From NCBI GenBank assembly GCA_046581755.1, contig JAYGFR010000250.1, forward strand, positions 1 through 36,310: a stretch of 36,310 nucleotides of DNA, written 5' to 3'. Each line of letters starts with the position of its first letter. Positions within the stretch are counted from its first letter, which is position 1. Origin of the DNA: Nitrospinota bacterium (GTDB taxonomy: Bacteria; UBA8248). The notes under the pieces were generated by a model that saw only the letters and a program-made list of their open reading frames with translations, made no database searches and had not been told where the DNA came from. A program made the translations under genes and the position numbers. Below, in pieces: positions 18,470 through 29,118 of this stretch.

Positions 18470-20398
18470 TTGGATCAATTTTATAAAAACCTAGCCATGT
18501 GGCTTATCATCGGTCTCGTCATGGTGGGGCTGTTTCAGGCCTTCAATAGCACCCGGACGCTGGACCGCAAAATCGTCTACAGCGACTTTCTCCAGTCCGT
18601 GAATCAGGGCAAGATTACCGAGGTCCTCGTTCAGGGGGACAATATCCGGGGCCGCTATCTCAACGGCAAAATATTCCAGACCTATGCGCCCAAGGACCCC
18701 AACTTGATCGACACGCTCCGGAAAAAGGGCGTACGTATCAGCGCGGAGCCTGTGGAGCAGAATTCATGGTATGTGAATCTTCTCCTGAGCTGGTTACCGA
18801 TGCTGGTTCTGCTCGGGGTGTGGATATTCTTCATGCGTCAGATGCAAATGGGCGGGTCGAAGGCCCTTTCTTTCGGAAAGAGCAAGGCACGGCTGGTGGC
18901 CGAGCCCGATAAGAAAAAAGTGACTTTCAAGGACGTCGCCGGAATCGAGGAGGCGCAAGAGGAACTCGAAGAGATTGTCGACTTCCTTCGGGATCCGCCG
19001 AAATACACCCGCCTCGGCGCGCGGATTCCCAAGGGCGTGCTCATGATCGGCCCTCCTGGAACGGGGAAGACCCTCCTTGCCCGTGCCATCGCGGGAGAGG
19101 CGGACGTTCCCTTTTTCCAGATCAGCGGCTCCAGCTTTGTCGAGATGTTCGTCGGCGTCGGGGCTTCCCGCGTCCGCGACCTCTTCGAGCAGGGAAAAGC
19201 CAATGCCCCATGCATCATCTTTATCGATGAAATTGATGCGGTTGGCCGCCACCGCGGCGCCGGGCTGGGCGGCGGTCACGATGAACGCGAGCAAACCCTG
19301 AACCAGCTTCTTGTCGAGATGGACGGCTTCGAGTCGAACGACGGCGTGATACTCATATCCGCCACCAACCGGCCCGACGTTCTCGACCCGGCCCTTTTGC
19401 GCCCGGGGCGGTTCGATCGCCAGATTGTCGTGTCCTTGCCGGACATCATCGGCCGCCTCAAAATTCTCCAGGTGCATTCCAGGGAAATCCCCCTCGACGA
19501 TTTGGCAAATCTCGAACTGATCGCGCGGGGCACGCCCCGGTTCTCGGGTGCGGATCTAGCCAACCTCCTGAATGAAGCCTCTCTGATCGCGGCCCGGCTC
19601 AGAAAGGACGCCGTGGAGATGTCCGACCTGACCGAGGCCAAGGATAAGGTTCTGATGGGCAAGGAAAGGCGGAGCCTCGTTCTGAGCGAGAAAGAGAGGG
19701 AAAACACCGCCTACCACGAGTCGGGGCACGCGCTCGTCTCTGTTCTCACTCCGGGCACGGACCCGGTGGAGAAAGTGACGATCATTCCGAGGGGATTTTC
19801 ACTGGGGAGCACCTGGTCGTTTCCGGAAGAGGACCGCTACAGCGAAAACCGGACATTCCTGCTCAAACAACTGAATATCCTGATGGGCGGCCGCGCGGCG
19901 GAGATGTTGGTCTTCGACGAAATGACCACGGGCGCCAAACAGGATATCCAAAGCTCCACGGAGATCGCGCGGAACATGGTTTGCGAGTGGGGGATGAGCG
20001 AAAAGCTTGGGCCGCTTTCCTACGGGAAGAAGCAGGAGCAGATTTTCCTGGGGAGGGAATTGTCTCAACACCGCGACTATAGCGATTCCATCGCCAGGGC
20101 CATCGACGAGGAAGTAAAGAAATTGGTCACCAATGCGTACGAAAATGCCATCAATCTTCTGAGGGACAACCGGGACAAGCTCGACCTTCTGGCCAAGGGG
20201 CTTCTGGAATTCGAGACCCTCGATAGAGAGGACATCGAAGCCCTGCTCGAAACGGGTGAGGCGCCGGTGGCGCTCAAAAAGAAACAGGAAGCCCGCCAAA
20301 GCGAATTACGCCCTTCTCCGCGGACCAAACCGGAGAGTTCTCGCCCCCAGGCCGGCTCCAAACCCTCTCCCCCGGATTTGGCGCCGGGACAGGCATAG
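18470..20398 (+). CDS. ftsH: ATP-dependent zinc metalloprotease FtsH
   Basis: Two TM helices, [29 protein letters not shown]. Confidence 0.98.
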   Translation: MDQFYKNLAMWLIIGLVMVGLFQAFNSTRTLDRKIVYSDFLQSVNQGKITEVLVQGDNIRGRYLNGKIFQTYAPKDPNLIDTLRKKGVRISAEPVEQNSWYVNLLLSWLPMLVLLGVWIFFMRQMQMGGSKALSFGKSKARLVAEPDKKKVTFKDVAGIEEAQEELEEIVDFLRDPPKYTRLGARIPKGVLMIGPPGTGKTLLARAIAGEADVPFFQISGSSFVEMFVGVGASRVRDLFEQGKANAPCIIFIDEIDAVGRHRGAGLGGGHDEREQTLNQLLVEMDGFESNDGVILISATNRPDVLDPALLRPGRFDRQIVVSLPDIIGRLKILQVHSREIPLDDLANLELIARGTPRFSGADLANLLNEASLIAARLRKDAVEMSDLTEAKDKVLMGKERRSLVLSEKERENTAYHESGHALVSVLTPGTDPVEKVTIIPRGFSLGSTWSFPEEDRYSENRTFLLKQLNILMGGRAAEMLVFDEMTTGAKQDIQSSTEIARNMVCEWGMSEKLGPLSYGKKQEQIFLGRELSQHRDYSDSIARAIDEEVKKLVTNAYENAINLLRDNRDKLDLLAKGLLEFETLDREDIEALLETGEAPVALKKKQEARQSELRPSPRTKPESSRPQAGSKPSPPDLAPGQA

Positions 20399-20549
20399 CA
20401 ACCGGTGGCGGGCGGGGCGGGGTTTCCGCCTCACACGAGCCGTCAGCGGTATACGCTTCCAACCAAGTCGCCTGACAAAAAAACCGATTTAATTCCCCGG
20501 CAAGCCAGGCGCGCAGCCTGGCGGCTCGCCCATCATCCGGAGGAGCGGA

Positions 20550-21278
20550 ATGCCCAAGCTCTGCGTTAACGTCGATCATGTGGCGACCGTCCGCCAGGCC
20601 CGCAAGACGGACGAGCCGGATCCGGTGGCGGCCGCGCTCATCGCCGAGCGGGCCGGGGCTGTGGGGATCACCATCCATCTTCGGGAGGACCGCCGCCACA
20701 TCCAGGATCGGGATCTCCGCCTCATGCGCGAAGTCGTTCGCGGGAAACTCAACCTGGAGATGGCCCCGATTCCGGAGATGAGGGATATTGCCCTTAACGT
20801 CGGCCCGGAACAGGTCTCTCTTGTCCCGGAGCGCCGGGAAGAGGTGACGACCGAGGGAGGCCTCGACGCCGCCGGACAGACGGATCGCCTTCCCGAGATC
20901 ATCGTCCCCCTGCGGGAGGCGAAAATTCTTGTCAGTTTGTTTATCGATCCAGATGATTCTCAAATCGAGGCCGCCAAAAAACTGGACGCCGATTCCGTGG
21001 AACTGAATACGGCGGCCTATTCGGAGGCCCGTGGAGAGGCTGCGCGCAAATCTGAAATCGCCGCGCTTCGCCACGCCTGCGAGCGGGCGCACGCCCTGGG
21101 CCTGGGGGTGTACGCAGGCCACGGATTGACCTATCTGAACGTTGAACCCATCGCAGATCTTCCGCATCTGGAGGAATTAAATATAGGCCATAGCATCGTG
21201 GCGCATTCCATTTTTGCCGGCTTTGAGCGGGCGGTGCGCGAAATGGCGTGCCTTGTCGATCGGCCGAGGAGGGGCTGA
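20550..21278 (+). CDS. pdxJ: Pyridoxine 5'-phosphate synthase
   Basis: [38 protein letters not shown]. Confidence 0.97.
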   Translation: MPKLCVNVDHVATVRQARKTDEPDPVAAALIAERAGAVGITIHLREDRRHIQDRDLRLMREVVRGKLNLEMAPIPEMRDIALNVGPEQVSLVPERREEVTTEGGLDAAGQTDRLPEIIVPLREAKILVSLFIDPDDSQIEAAKKLDADSVELNTAAYSEARGEAARKSEIAALRHACERAHALGLGVYAGHGLTYLNVEPIADLPHLEELNIGHSIVAHSIFAGFERAVREMACLVDRPRRG

Positions 21279-21280
21279 TC

Positions 21281-22855
21281 GTGGCACTCCCGATAGCAAC
21301 CGCCGAGGAAATGGGCCGGGTGGATACCCGGGCCATCGAGAGCTTCGGCATCCCTTCGGCGGCGCTCATGGAGACGGCGGGCGGGCGAGCCGCTCAGATT
21401 ATCTGGGAGCGGTTCGGAAAGCCTGGCCTCCGCGTTTTGGTTCTGGCCGGGAAGGGAAACAACGGCGGCGACGGTTTCGTGATTGCCAGACATCTCCTGA
21501 ACCGGGGAGCGGCCGTTCGCGTGATGGCGATTTTTCCGCTGGAGGAGGCCTCGGGCGATTCGGCTATTTTTCTGAGTATCCTTCAAAAAATGGACATCGG
21601 CATTGAAGAGGCTGGGGGAGAGGAGGGCATATCTGCTCTCGCCTCGGCAGCCCGCCATTGTGATCTGGTGGTGGATGCTCTTCTGGGCACCGGTTTCACC
21701 CCGCCCGCCCGGGGTTTCATCGGAGAGGCGCTCTCGGCCCTATCCGGAGTTCGGACTCCCATCGCTGCGGTGGACATTCCCTCGGGCCTGGATGCGACAT
21801 CGGGAGCGGCCGAACCGCCTTTTTTGAGCGCAGAACTCACTGTGACGTTCGGTGCCCTCAAGCGCGGGCACTATCTGATGCCCGCGGCCGGATACGCGGG
21901 AGAAGTCCGGCTCATCGATATCGGCATTCCCCGTGCCTGCCTCGATGAGGAAAATATTTCCCTCCGCCTGATCGAGCGGAGCGACGTTGCCGGGTTTCTT
22001 CCGATCCGCCGCGTGGATGCCCACAAAGGGGATGCCGGACACCTGTTGGTATTGGCCGGCTCGAAAGGAATGATGGGGGCGGCCCTCCTGGCGGCCTCGG
22101 CGGGGCTCCGGATGGGGGCGGGAAAAGTCACCTTGGCGGTGCCGGAATCTCTCACGTTCGCGGTCGAATCCGGCCCCCCCGAAATCATGGCGCTCTCGCT
22201 TCCAGAGACTTCGGCCGGGACGGCGGACCAGGCGGCCTTCGACCTCATTCTCGAAAGCGCCCTGGGAATGGACGCCCTGGTCCTGGGCCCAGGTATGTCC
22301 ACCCATCCCCGGACGGTCGAGTTGATTCAGCGCCTAATCCAGCACATTGAGATACCTCTGGTCCTGGACGCGGACGGGCTGAACGCCCTGTCCCAGGACA
22401 TCACGGTTTTGGATGGGACTCGCCAGGGGCTTGTGCTCACCCCCCATCCGGGGGAGATGGCACGCCTGGGCCGAATCAGCACCGCCGAGGTTCAGGCAGA
22501 CCGGGTAAACCTGGCCATCGATTTCGCGGTGCGCTACAAGGTACATCTCGCCCTCAAAGGGGCCTATACCATTACCGCCCTCCCGGATGGCGCCGCCTGG
22601 CTGAATCCCACCGGAAATTCCGCCCTGGCCTCGGGCGGTACGGGCGATGTGTTGGCCGGAGCGGTCGGGGGACTCCTGGCCCAGGGGGTTTCGCCCGAGG
22701 GGGCCCTTACCGCGGGGACCTATCTTCATGGCCTGGCGGGAGATATCGTCGCAGGGGAGGGCGGAGATACCGGCCTGGCGGCCACCGACCTGCTCCCAGC
22801 GCTTCCCCTGGCACGAAGGCGGGTGCTCCAAGAGGAGCGGGAGGAGAGGCATTGA
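21281..22855 (+). CDS. nnr: Bifunctional NAD(P)HX epimerase/dehydratase
   Basis: LMETAG, GKGNNGGDG, DALLGTG, DIPSG, HKGDAG, DADGLN, TPHPGE, GGTGDVLAG. Confidence 0.95.
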   Translation: MALPIATAEEMGRVDTRAIESFGIPSAALMETAGGRAAQIIWERFGKPGLRVLVLAGKGNNGGDGFVIARHLLNRGAAVRVMAIFPLEEASGDSAIFLSILQKMDIGIEEAGGEEGISALASAARHCDLVVDALLGTGFTPPARGFIGEALSALSGVRTPIAAVDIPSGLDATSGAAEPPFLSAELTVTFGALKRGHYLMPAAGYAGEVRLIDIGIPRACLDEENISLRLIERSDVAGFLPIRRVDAHKGDAGHLLVLAGSKGMMGAALLAASAGLRMGAGKVTLAVPESLTFAVESGPPEIMALSLPETSAGTADQAAFDLILESALGMDALVLGPGMSTHPRTVELIQRLIQHIEIPLVLDADGLNALSQDITVLDGTRQGLVLTPHPGEMARLGRISTAEVQADRVNLAIDFAVRYKVHLALKGAYTITALPDGAAWLNPTGNSALASGGTGDVLAGAVGGLLAQGVSPEGALTAGTYLHGLAGDIVAGEGGDTGLAATDLLPALPLARRRVLQEEREERH

Positions 22856-23286
22856 AGGCTGATACCCTCATTCTGGAAAGCCGCTCTCCCGCCAAGACCG
22901 AGGCCATCGGGCGCGATCTTGCCAAAAATTTAACAGCCGGCGATGCCATTCTCTTGTACGGAGACCTGGGCGCGGGAAAATCCGTTCTTGCGCGCGGAAT
23001 AATCCAGGCCCTTCCGGGCGGAGAAAACCGCACGGTCCCTAGCCCCACGTACGTGTATATCCGCCACCATCCCACACGGCCCCAGGTGCATCACCTGGAT
23101 TTGTACCGCTTGCCGAAAAATTTCGACCCCCAGGACCTGGGCCTGGAGGAATTGATTGATTCGGAGAGCGTAACCATCGTGGAGTGGGCCGAGCGGCTGG
23201 AGGAAGGATTATTTCCAAGGTTTACCCGAGTGCGCCTGGAAATCCTGAACGAGGACCGGCGAAGAATTCACATCCAAAAAGGATAA
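22852..23286 (+). CDS. tsaE: tRNA threonylcarbamoyladenosine biosynthesis ATPase TsaE
   Basis: GDLGAGKS, SPTY, HLDLYRL, VEWAE. Confidence 0.95.
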   Translation: MKADTLILESRSPAKTEAIGRDLAKNLTAGDAILLYGDLGAGKSVLARGIIQALPGGENRTVPSPTYVYIRHHPTRPQVHHLDLYRLPKNFDPQDLGLEELIDSESVTIVEWAERLEEGLFPRFTRVRLEILNEDRRRIHIQKG

Positions 23287-23392
23287 TTCGCCAAACCCCC
23301 GGTATCCCCAAAGCCGATAAGCGCCGGTAATCAAGGCGATCCCTCCAACAGCTTTTCTTTGCATTCTCGATCGAGATGTGGCATCGTGTTTA

Positions 23393-23408
23393 CGGCATTA
23401 CAATTGCA
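23393..23408 (+). promoter_or_regulatory. Putative sigma54 -24/-12 promoter upstream of lptC
   Basis: CGGCATTACAATTGCA: GG-N10-GC with GGCA and TTGCA half-sites. Confidence 0.5.
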
Positions 23409-23665
23409 GGCATTATTTTTACTCGGACTTGAAATTCTCAATGATTCGCGGAATTTTTACCGATCCATGCAACCCACCGCAATCGAAGTTGCCGTGAATT
23501 ATGCATGGAATCCTTTTGGCGCAATGGATTTGGGCAAATGAATAAATTCTTGGCCGAGTGGGCATGGAAAATGGTTTCGGTTATGGAGCAATCCGTACTT
23601 TTGAGAAAATATCGAACTCCGGCTATTCCGCCAATTGCCCGGAAATGCTTGCATCGGAATAAGGT

Positions 23666-24316
23666 ATGATCTCCAATCTTCATATTCGCAGAATTCTTCT
23701 TGGAGTGCTTCTTCTCGTGGGCGGAACCGTCGCCTATTATCTCCTTCGCCCATCCGGTTACTCGATCCAGGCTGAAAATATCTCCTTCCTCGGATCGGAT
23801 GCTGACATGACGATTGATGAAATGCATGTTGTGCAAAATAAAAAGGGCGAAAAAACATGGGAAATGTGGGCCGATTCGGCAAAATTGTACCGCAAAAAGA
23901 AACTGACGAAACTCGAAGCCATTCATATCCGTTTTTATCCGAAGAACGGCCAGCGGATGGAAATCACGGCCGATAGAGGCGTGATGGAAACCGGCACCCG
24001 GAACATGAATGTACGCGGAAATGTCGTGATTAAAACGTTCAATGGTTTTTCTCTTCGAACCGACCACCTGCGTTTCATGCCCAAGGCGAACCGCATTGAA
24101 ACCGACGCCAAAATAGCCGTGACGGGAAAATCATTCACCCTCACCGGGATCGGCCTCCATGCGCGGACCGACCTGGGCCGCTTTTCCTTGAAAAACAAGG
24201 TGGAAGCCGTGATTCACAACATGCAGGCGGGAATCTTCGCCGCCCCCTCCGAGCAGATCAACGCATCGCCGCTTTCGGGTGGCGGTGCGTTGCCGCAAGG
24301 GAGAACAGGGCCATGA
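23666..24316 (+). CDS. lptC: LPS export ABC transporter periplasmic protein LptC
   Basis: Single N-terminal TM helix; WEMWADSA, ITADRG, GNVVI, LRTDHL beta-jellyroll pattern; upstream of lptA and lptB. Confidence 0.9.
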   Translation: MISNLHIRRILLGVLLLVGGTVAYYLLRPSGYSIQAENISFLGSDADMTIDEMHVVQNKKGEKTWEMWADSAKLYRKKKLTKLEAIHIRFYPKNGQRMEITADRGVMETGTRNMNVRGNVVIKTFNGFSLRTDHLRFMPKANRIETDAKIAVTGKSFTLTGIGLHARTDLGRFSLKNKVEAVIHNMQAGIFAAPSEQINASPLSGGGALPQGRTGP

Positions 24317-24987
24317 TGCTTCCCCGGATCACCCGAAAAAAATCTGCCGCGCCTTTTCGCCCGGCAATGTGCTCTTGCCGCGGCCTGATGGCGCTCTTCT
24401 TTTTCATTCCTCTGCTTTGGAGCCCATCCGCCGGGGCGGCCCCATTCCGGGCCGGAGGGAACTCCGCCTCCATGAAAAACAAGAAAGAGCCCATCAAAAT
24501 CAGATCCGACCGGATGGAAGCCTACAACAAAAAAAATCTGATCATTTTTATCGGGACCGTCATCGCCGTCCAGGGCCAAATGGAGATTCGATCGGACCGC
24601 CTTGCGGTACATCTCAAAAAACAAAAGAAAAATTCCGGCGAATCCCAAAAGCGATCCGGCCCAGCCGGCACCTCGGCGTCTTCCTCCGGGCGGGGGCAGG
24701 GGGGGGTCGAGCGTCTCATCGCAACCGGGAATGTCCGCATCACCCAGGGAAAGGAAAAATACGCCACCGCCGATCGCCTCGATTACAACGAAACGGCAGG
24801 GCGCGCTGTTCTCACCGGAAATCCCCGTGCCTGGGAGAAAAACAACCAAATCATCGGAACGAAGATAGAAATTTTCCTTCGCGAGGGCCGCACCATCGTC
24901 TACGGCAGCCCCAAGCGCCGGGTCAACGTCACGCTATTTCCAAACAACCGCCCTAACGTTCCCGCAGCCGGCGTCAATGGAAGATAA
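24313..24987 (+). CDS. lptA: LPS transport periplasmic protein LptA
   Basis: Signal peptide, [32 protein letters not shown]. Confidence 0.9.
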   Translation: MMLPRITRKKSAAPFRPAMCSCRGLMALFFFIPLLWSPSAGAAPFRAGGNSASMKNKKEPIKIRSDRMEAYNKKNLIIFIGTVIAVQGQMEIRSDRLAVHLKKQKKNSGESQKRSGPAGTSASSSGRGQGGVERLIATGNVRITQGKEKYATADRLDYNETAGRAVLTGNPRAWEKNNQIIGTKIEIFLREGRTIVYGSPKRRVNVTLFPNNRPNVPAAGVNGR

Positions 24988-25747
24988 CGGCCATATCCGC
25001 GCCCCATCGTCCAACGGTGCTGCCCGGATGCGCCTGGGGATACGCGCGCTGGTCAAGAGTTATTCCGGAAGACGGGTGGTGGACGAAGTGGACCTTGATG
25101 TCTCTCCGGGCGAAATTGTCGGCCTTTTGGGACCGAACGGGGCGGGAAAGACCACAATTTTTTACATGATCGTCGGTTTGATCGAACCCGAGGCCGGCGA
25201 TGTTTATTTGAATGAAAAAGCCATCACCGACATGCCGATGTTCCAGCGCGCCCGCCGGGGGGTGAGCTATCTTCCCCAGGAGGCATCGATATTCCGGCGC
25301 CTCACGGTGGAGGAAAACATCATGGCTGTCCTCGAAATCATGCCCGGCACCCATTCCAGCCGCAGAAAAAAAGCCGAAGAACTCCTCGAAGATCTGAATA
25401 TTGGCCATATCCGCACTTCAAAGGGTTTTTCCCTTTCCGGCGGAGAGCGGAGGCGGGTAGAGATCGCCCGGGCTTTGGCGACCTCACCAACGTTTATTTT
25501 GCTCGACGAGCCGTTCGCCGGGATCGATCCTATCGTCGTCAATGACATTCAGAATATCGTCATCGGATTGAAGGAACGCGGAATTGGGATTCTCCTTACC
25601 GACCAGAATGTCCGCGAGACGCTTCAGATTTCCGACCGGGCGTACATCATCAACGAAGGCAGGATTCTGGAATCCGGCTCGCCAGACGTCATCGCGTCGA
25701 GCGATCGGGCCCGGAAGGTCTATTTGGGAGAGAGTTTCCGGCTTTAG
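24977..25747 (+). CDS. lptB: LPS export ABC transporter ATPase LptB
   Basis: [43 protein letters not shown]; the H-loop reads TDQN. Confidence 0.96.
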   Translation: MEDNGHIRAPSSNGAARMRLGIRALVKSYSGRRVVDEVDLDVSPGEIVGLLGPNGAGKTTIFYMIVGLIEPEAGDVYLNEKAITDMPMFQRARRGVSYLPQEASIFRRLTVEENIMAVLEIMPGTHSSRRKKAEELLEDLNIGHIRTSKGFSLSGGERRRVEIARALATSPTFILLDEPFAGIDPIVVNDIQNIVIGLKERGIGILLTDQNVRETLQISDRAYIINEGRILESGSPDVIASSDRARKVYLGESFRL

Positions 25748-25776
25748 CCGAATTTCGTTGTTTTTGGAGATTCGCC

Positions 25777-27228
25777 GTGGTGCTTCAGGCAAGAATGGAT
25801 TTGAGCGTGGGGCTCAACCAGCATCTCGTCATGACTCCCATGCTGCAGCAGGCGATCGCCATGCTGCCCATGACACGCATGGAGCTCCAACAAAAAGTCC
25901 AGCAAGAACTGATGGAAAACCCTACGCTCGAGGAAAACCTCGACGAGATCAAGGAGATCGTCGATGGAGAAATGCCTGAGTTGCGCGACGATCTTCCCAG
26001 CACGGAAACAGACGAGCGGGGCGAGGTGGAGATCGACTGGGAGAACATCGTCCACGACACCTATGGGCTCGATAATTTCGCCCCGCCCGCGGGCAATGAT
26101 GATTTGCCATCCATTCAGGAGACGATGTCCGTTCCCGAATCCCTGCCCGACCATCTGGAGTTTCAATTAAAACTGAGCTTCGTCAGCGAGATCGTGCAGC
26201 GGGTGGCGCAGGAAATCATCTGGAATATCGACGACTCAGGTTATTTGCGCTCTGACCCCGCCGAATTTATTACATTTAATGGATACTCCCCCTCTCACCT
26301 CGCCGAAGCCCTCGCCTTGGTGCAATCCTTCGACCCGCCCGGAGTGGGAGCGAGGGATTTAAAGGAATGCCTGCTTCTCCAATTGAACTTGCTCGATTTT
26401 CAGGCCGAGGAGCACCAACCCCTTCTCCGGCTTGCCAAAATGCTTGTCGAGGAACAGATCGAAAACCTTTTCGAGCGAAATTATCAGCGCCTCGCCCGCG
26501 CCTTTAAGGTCGATTTGGGGCAAATTCAACTGGCGATTGTCCTGATCCGATCCTTGAGCTCCCAGCCGGGGGAGAAATTTACGCAAGAATTGGTGGAAAT
26601 AGCCGAACCCGATGTCACCGTGACCAAGCGGGGAGACGATTACGAGGTCATCTTGAACGATGACGGATTGCCGCCCCTTCGAATTAGCCAGACATACAGG
26701 GCAATGGCGGCCAACCGGGACAACGTGTCCCCCGAGACCAAGAAATTCATTGTGGGGAAGGTGCAGGCGGCTCTATGGTTCATCAAAAGCATCGAGCGCC
26801 GGCGCACGACCATCTTGAAGGTCTCCCAAAGCATCGTCAAATTTCAGCGAGGTTTCCTGGATCGGGGGATTAGCGGCCTGAGGCCGCTGGTCTTGCGCGA
26901 TGTGGCCGACGATATCGAAATGCATGAATCGACTGTCAGCAGGGTGACCACCGGAAAATACATGGAAACGCCCCAAGGGGTTTTTCACTTCAAATACTTC
27001 TTTCACAGCGCCTTGGGCTCAAAGGACCGAGGGGGTGCTTCTTCCGTTGCCGTACGGGAAACTATTCGGCAGATGGTCGAAAAAGAGAACAAACAAAAGC
27101 CCTTAACCGACATTCAACTGATGGAGCGTCTAAAGGAAGCTGAAATAAAAATTGCCCGGCGGACTGTAACCAAATACCGAAAAGAGCTTCAAATCCCCTC
27201 GGCGAGTCACCGGCGTCAAATTCACTGA
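25777..27228 (+). CDS. rpoN: RNA polymerase sigma-54 factor
   Basis: MTPMLQQAI, DPPGVGAR, HESTVSR, RpoN box ARRTVTKYR. Confidence 0.97.
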   Translation: MVLQARMDLSVGLNQHLVMTPMLQQAIAMLPMTRMELQQKVQQELMENPTLEENLDEIKEIVDGEMPELRDDLPSTETDERGEVEIDWENIVHDTYGLDNFAPPAGNDDLPSIQETMSVPESLPDHLEFQLKLSFVSEIVQRVAQEIIWNIDDSGYLRSDPAEFITFNGYSPSHLAEALALVQSFDPPGVGARDLKECLLLQLNLLDFQAEEHQPLLRLAKMLVEEQIENLFERNYQRLARAFKVDLGQIQLAIVLIRSLSSQPGEKFTQELVEIAEPDVTVTKRGDDYEVILNDDGLPPLRISQTYRAMAANRDNVSPETKKFIVGKVQAALWFIKSIERRRTTILKVSQSIVKFQRGFLDRGISGLRPLVLRDVADDIEMHESTVSRVTTGKYMETPQGVFHFKYFFHSALGSKDRGGASSVAVRETIRQMVEKENKQKPLTDIQLMERLKEAEIKIARRTVTKYRKELQIPSASHRRQIH

Positions 27229-27251
27229 CGAAAGTCACGCATACACAATTT

Positions 27252-27264
27252 TATCAAACGGTTA
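27252..27264. promoter_or_regulatory. IHF-binding consensus match
   Basis: TATCAA-ACGG-TTA matches WATCAANNNNTTR exactly. Confidence 0.4.
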
Positions 27265-27489
27265 TGCTAATTACCTGCCCAGATACGTGAGATTGTTCAT
27301 TTCGCAAACCTGGCAAAAATATGTCCTTGCCCTCCATCGAGATTGAATTATTTGTGTATCTTCATAATTACCAATTGGTTAAATGGTAAATATAAGAAAA
27401 ATAATCGCATTGAGGATGTAACTAGATGTATATAAATCGATTATTATAAAATAATGGGCAAGAATTTGTAATTTGATACTCTTGAATCT

Positions 27490-27519
27490 ATGTCATTTCA
27501 TCCCTATTTTGACTATAAT
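27490..27519 (+). promoter_or_regulatory. Putative sigma70 promoter for the hprK operon
   Basis: ATGTCA-18 nt-TATAAT at the end of the AT-rich block. Confidence 0.4.
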
Positions 27520-27713
27520 GATATCGGACGAAAGAGGATTGGGTGAATTTCTCCTGATTTGGATGCGAGTCGAACAGGATACCATTTCGCGGAATTTCGC
27601 CGGAATGGAAGCCCGGCGATGGCTCGCTCCGGAGGAATTGCCCTAAATTTCTTTTCCTACTGCCCTCATTTTAAGCTCATTGCCTTCCCTCCGAGGCGAG
27701 GGAGAGGTCTAGC

Positions 27714-28688
27714 ATGACACAAATTTCAGTCTCTCAGTTTTTCGAAGATATGCGGGAAGAGTTGCACCTGGAGTTGCTTGCCGGCGCGAATGGCCTGACC
27801 AAGAAAATTCTCGAAAAACGATTTCAGAAAAACAGCGTGGCCCTGACTGGATTTTTGAAGTCCGTCCACCCGGATCGTATCCAGGTTTGGGGAAATACAG
27901 AACTTACCTATCTCGGGAGTTTGGACCCCACCGCAAGGAAAGAGGCCGTATCGCGGTTTTTCTCCCTTCCGCTATGCGCATTGTTGGTATCGGGCGGCGA
28001 GGCGCTTCCCGAGGGAATTCTCGAACTCGCCGAGGGCGAAGGCGTCCCCCTGATTCGTTCCAGCCTTCAGGGAGAAGAGTTGCTCCCCCAGGTCACAACC
28101 TACCTGGAATCCAGGCTTGCCCCCCATGCCCTAATGCATGGGGTCCTCATCGACCTGTACGGAGTCGGCGTCCTCATTTTGGGAAAAAGCGGGATCGGAA
28201 AAAGCGAATGCGCCCTGCACCTGGTCACCCGGGGCCATCGGCTGGTGGCGGACGATGTCGTGGATATGCAGCTTCATGGACAGGAACTGGTCGGGCACAG
28301 CACGGACCTGCTGAAGCATCACCTTGAGGTTCGGGGTCTTGGAGTATTGAATATAAAAGACTTATTTGGAGTCGTGGCCATCCGCTATGAAAAAAACGTT
28401 GAGATGATTGTTGAACTGGTTCCATGGAGTTCGGATCAGCCCTTTGAGCGTCTCGGGATGGATTTGGAATCCAAGGAAATTTTGGGAAAATCCTTACCCC
28501 TCGTTCGGATTCCGGTGGCTCCCGGCCGAAATGTACCCACTTTGATCGAGGTGGCGGCTCGGAACCAGATTCTCCAGCGGATGGGATACTTTTCCGCACA
28601 GGATTTCAGCCGAAATCTGACGGCTCAGATCGCCATGGAAAATTCACGCCTGTCTGAGGTAAGCGGGGCGTCCAGGGCCGAACATTGA
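27714..28688 (+). CDS. hprK: HPr kinase/phosphorylase
   Basis: HGVLID, GKSGIGKSE, LVADD, LEVRGLG, PGRN. Confidence 0.96.
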   Translation: MTQISVSQFFEDMREELHLELLAGANGLTKKILEKRFQKNSVALTGFLKSVHPDRIQVWGNTELTYLGSLDPTARKEAVSRFFSLPLCALLVSGGEALPEGILELAEGEGVPLIRSSLQGEELLPQVTTYLESRLAPHALMHGVLIDLYGVGVLILGKSGIGKSECALHLVTRGHRLVADDVVDMQLHGQELVGHSTDLLKHHLEVRGLGVLNIKDLFGVVAIRYEKNVEMIVELVPWSSDQPFERLGMDLESKEILGKSLPLVRIPVAPGRNVPTLIEVAARNQILQRMGYFSAQDFSRNLTAQIAMENSRLSEVSGASRAEH

Positions 28689-29116
28689 TCGGTTTGGTGG
28701 TGGTGGGACACGAGGATTTCCCCGACGCCCTCCTGAAGGCCGCGGATTCGGTGCTCGCGGGCGTGGCCCAGATGCGAGCCGTGGGTCTGCATCCTGGAGA
28801 CGACCCGAGTACGCTTTCGGCCCAAATCGAGGCGGCGGTCGAGGGGGTCGATACGGGCGAGGGAGTCATCATCATGACGGACATGATGGGGGGTATGCCC
28901 ACCAATGCTGCATTGGCGATGCTGAACCGCCCGGGCGTGGAAGTCGTCACGGGGGTCAACCTGCCCATGTTGCTTAAAATGCCGTTCATCAAAGGAATGA
29001 CGGCCCATGAGGCCGCGAATTTTCTAGTCGAATACGGAAGACGCAACCTGGCCCAGCCTAGCGAAATGCTGAAATCCATGAAAACCCGCCCCGAGAGCGG
29101 ACGCGACAAGGATTAG
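28685..29116 (+). CDS. PTS EIIA component, mannose/fructose family
   Basis: IGLVVVGH (phospho-His), TDMMGGMPTN, VVTGVNLPML. Confidence 0.92.
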   Translation: MIGLVVVGHEDFPDALLKAADSVLAGVAQMRAVGLHPGDDPSTLSAQIEAAVEGVDTGEGVIIMTDMMGGMPTNAALAMLNRPGVEVVTGVNLPMLLKMPFIKGMTAHEAANFLVEYGRRNLAQPSEMLKSMKTRPESGRDKD

Positions 29117-29118
29117 AG

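Noticed and set aside
20504..20522. GCCAGGC-GCGCA-GCCTGGC hairpin before pdxJ as a terminator
   Set aside because: No following U-tract; its function cannot be supported.
27229..27530. Possible replication origin (AT-rich with an IHF site)
   Set aside because: There are no good TTATCCACA DnaA boxes, only two matches with two mismatches each, and no dnaA/dnaN context.
27564..27647. 27-codon ORF in the hprK leader
   Set aside because: No convincing RBS and no resemblance to hpf or ptsN remnants.
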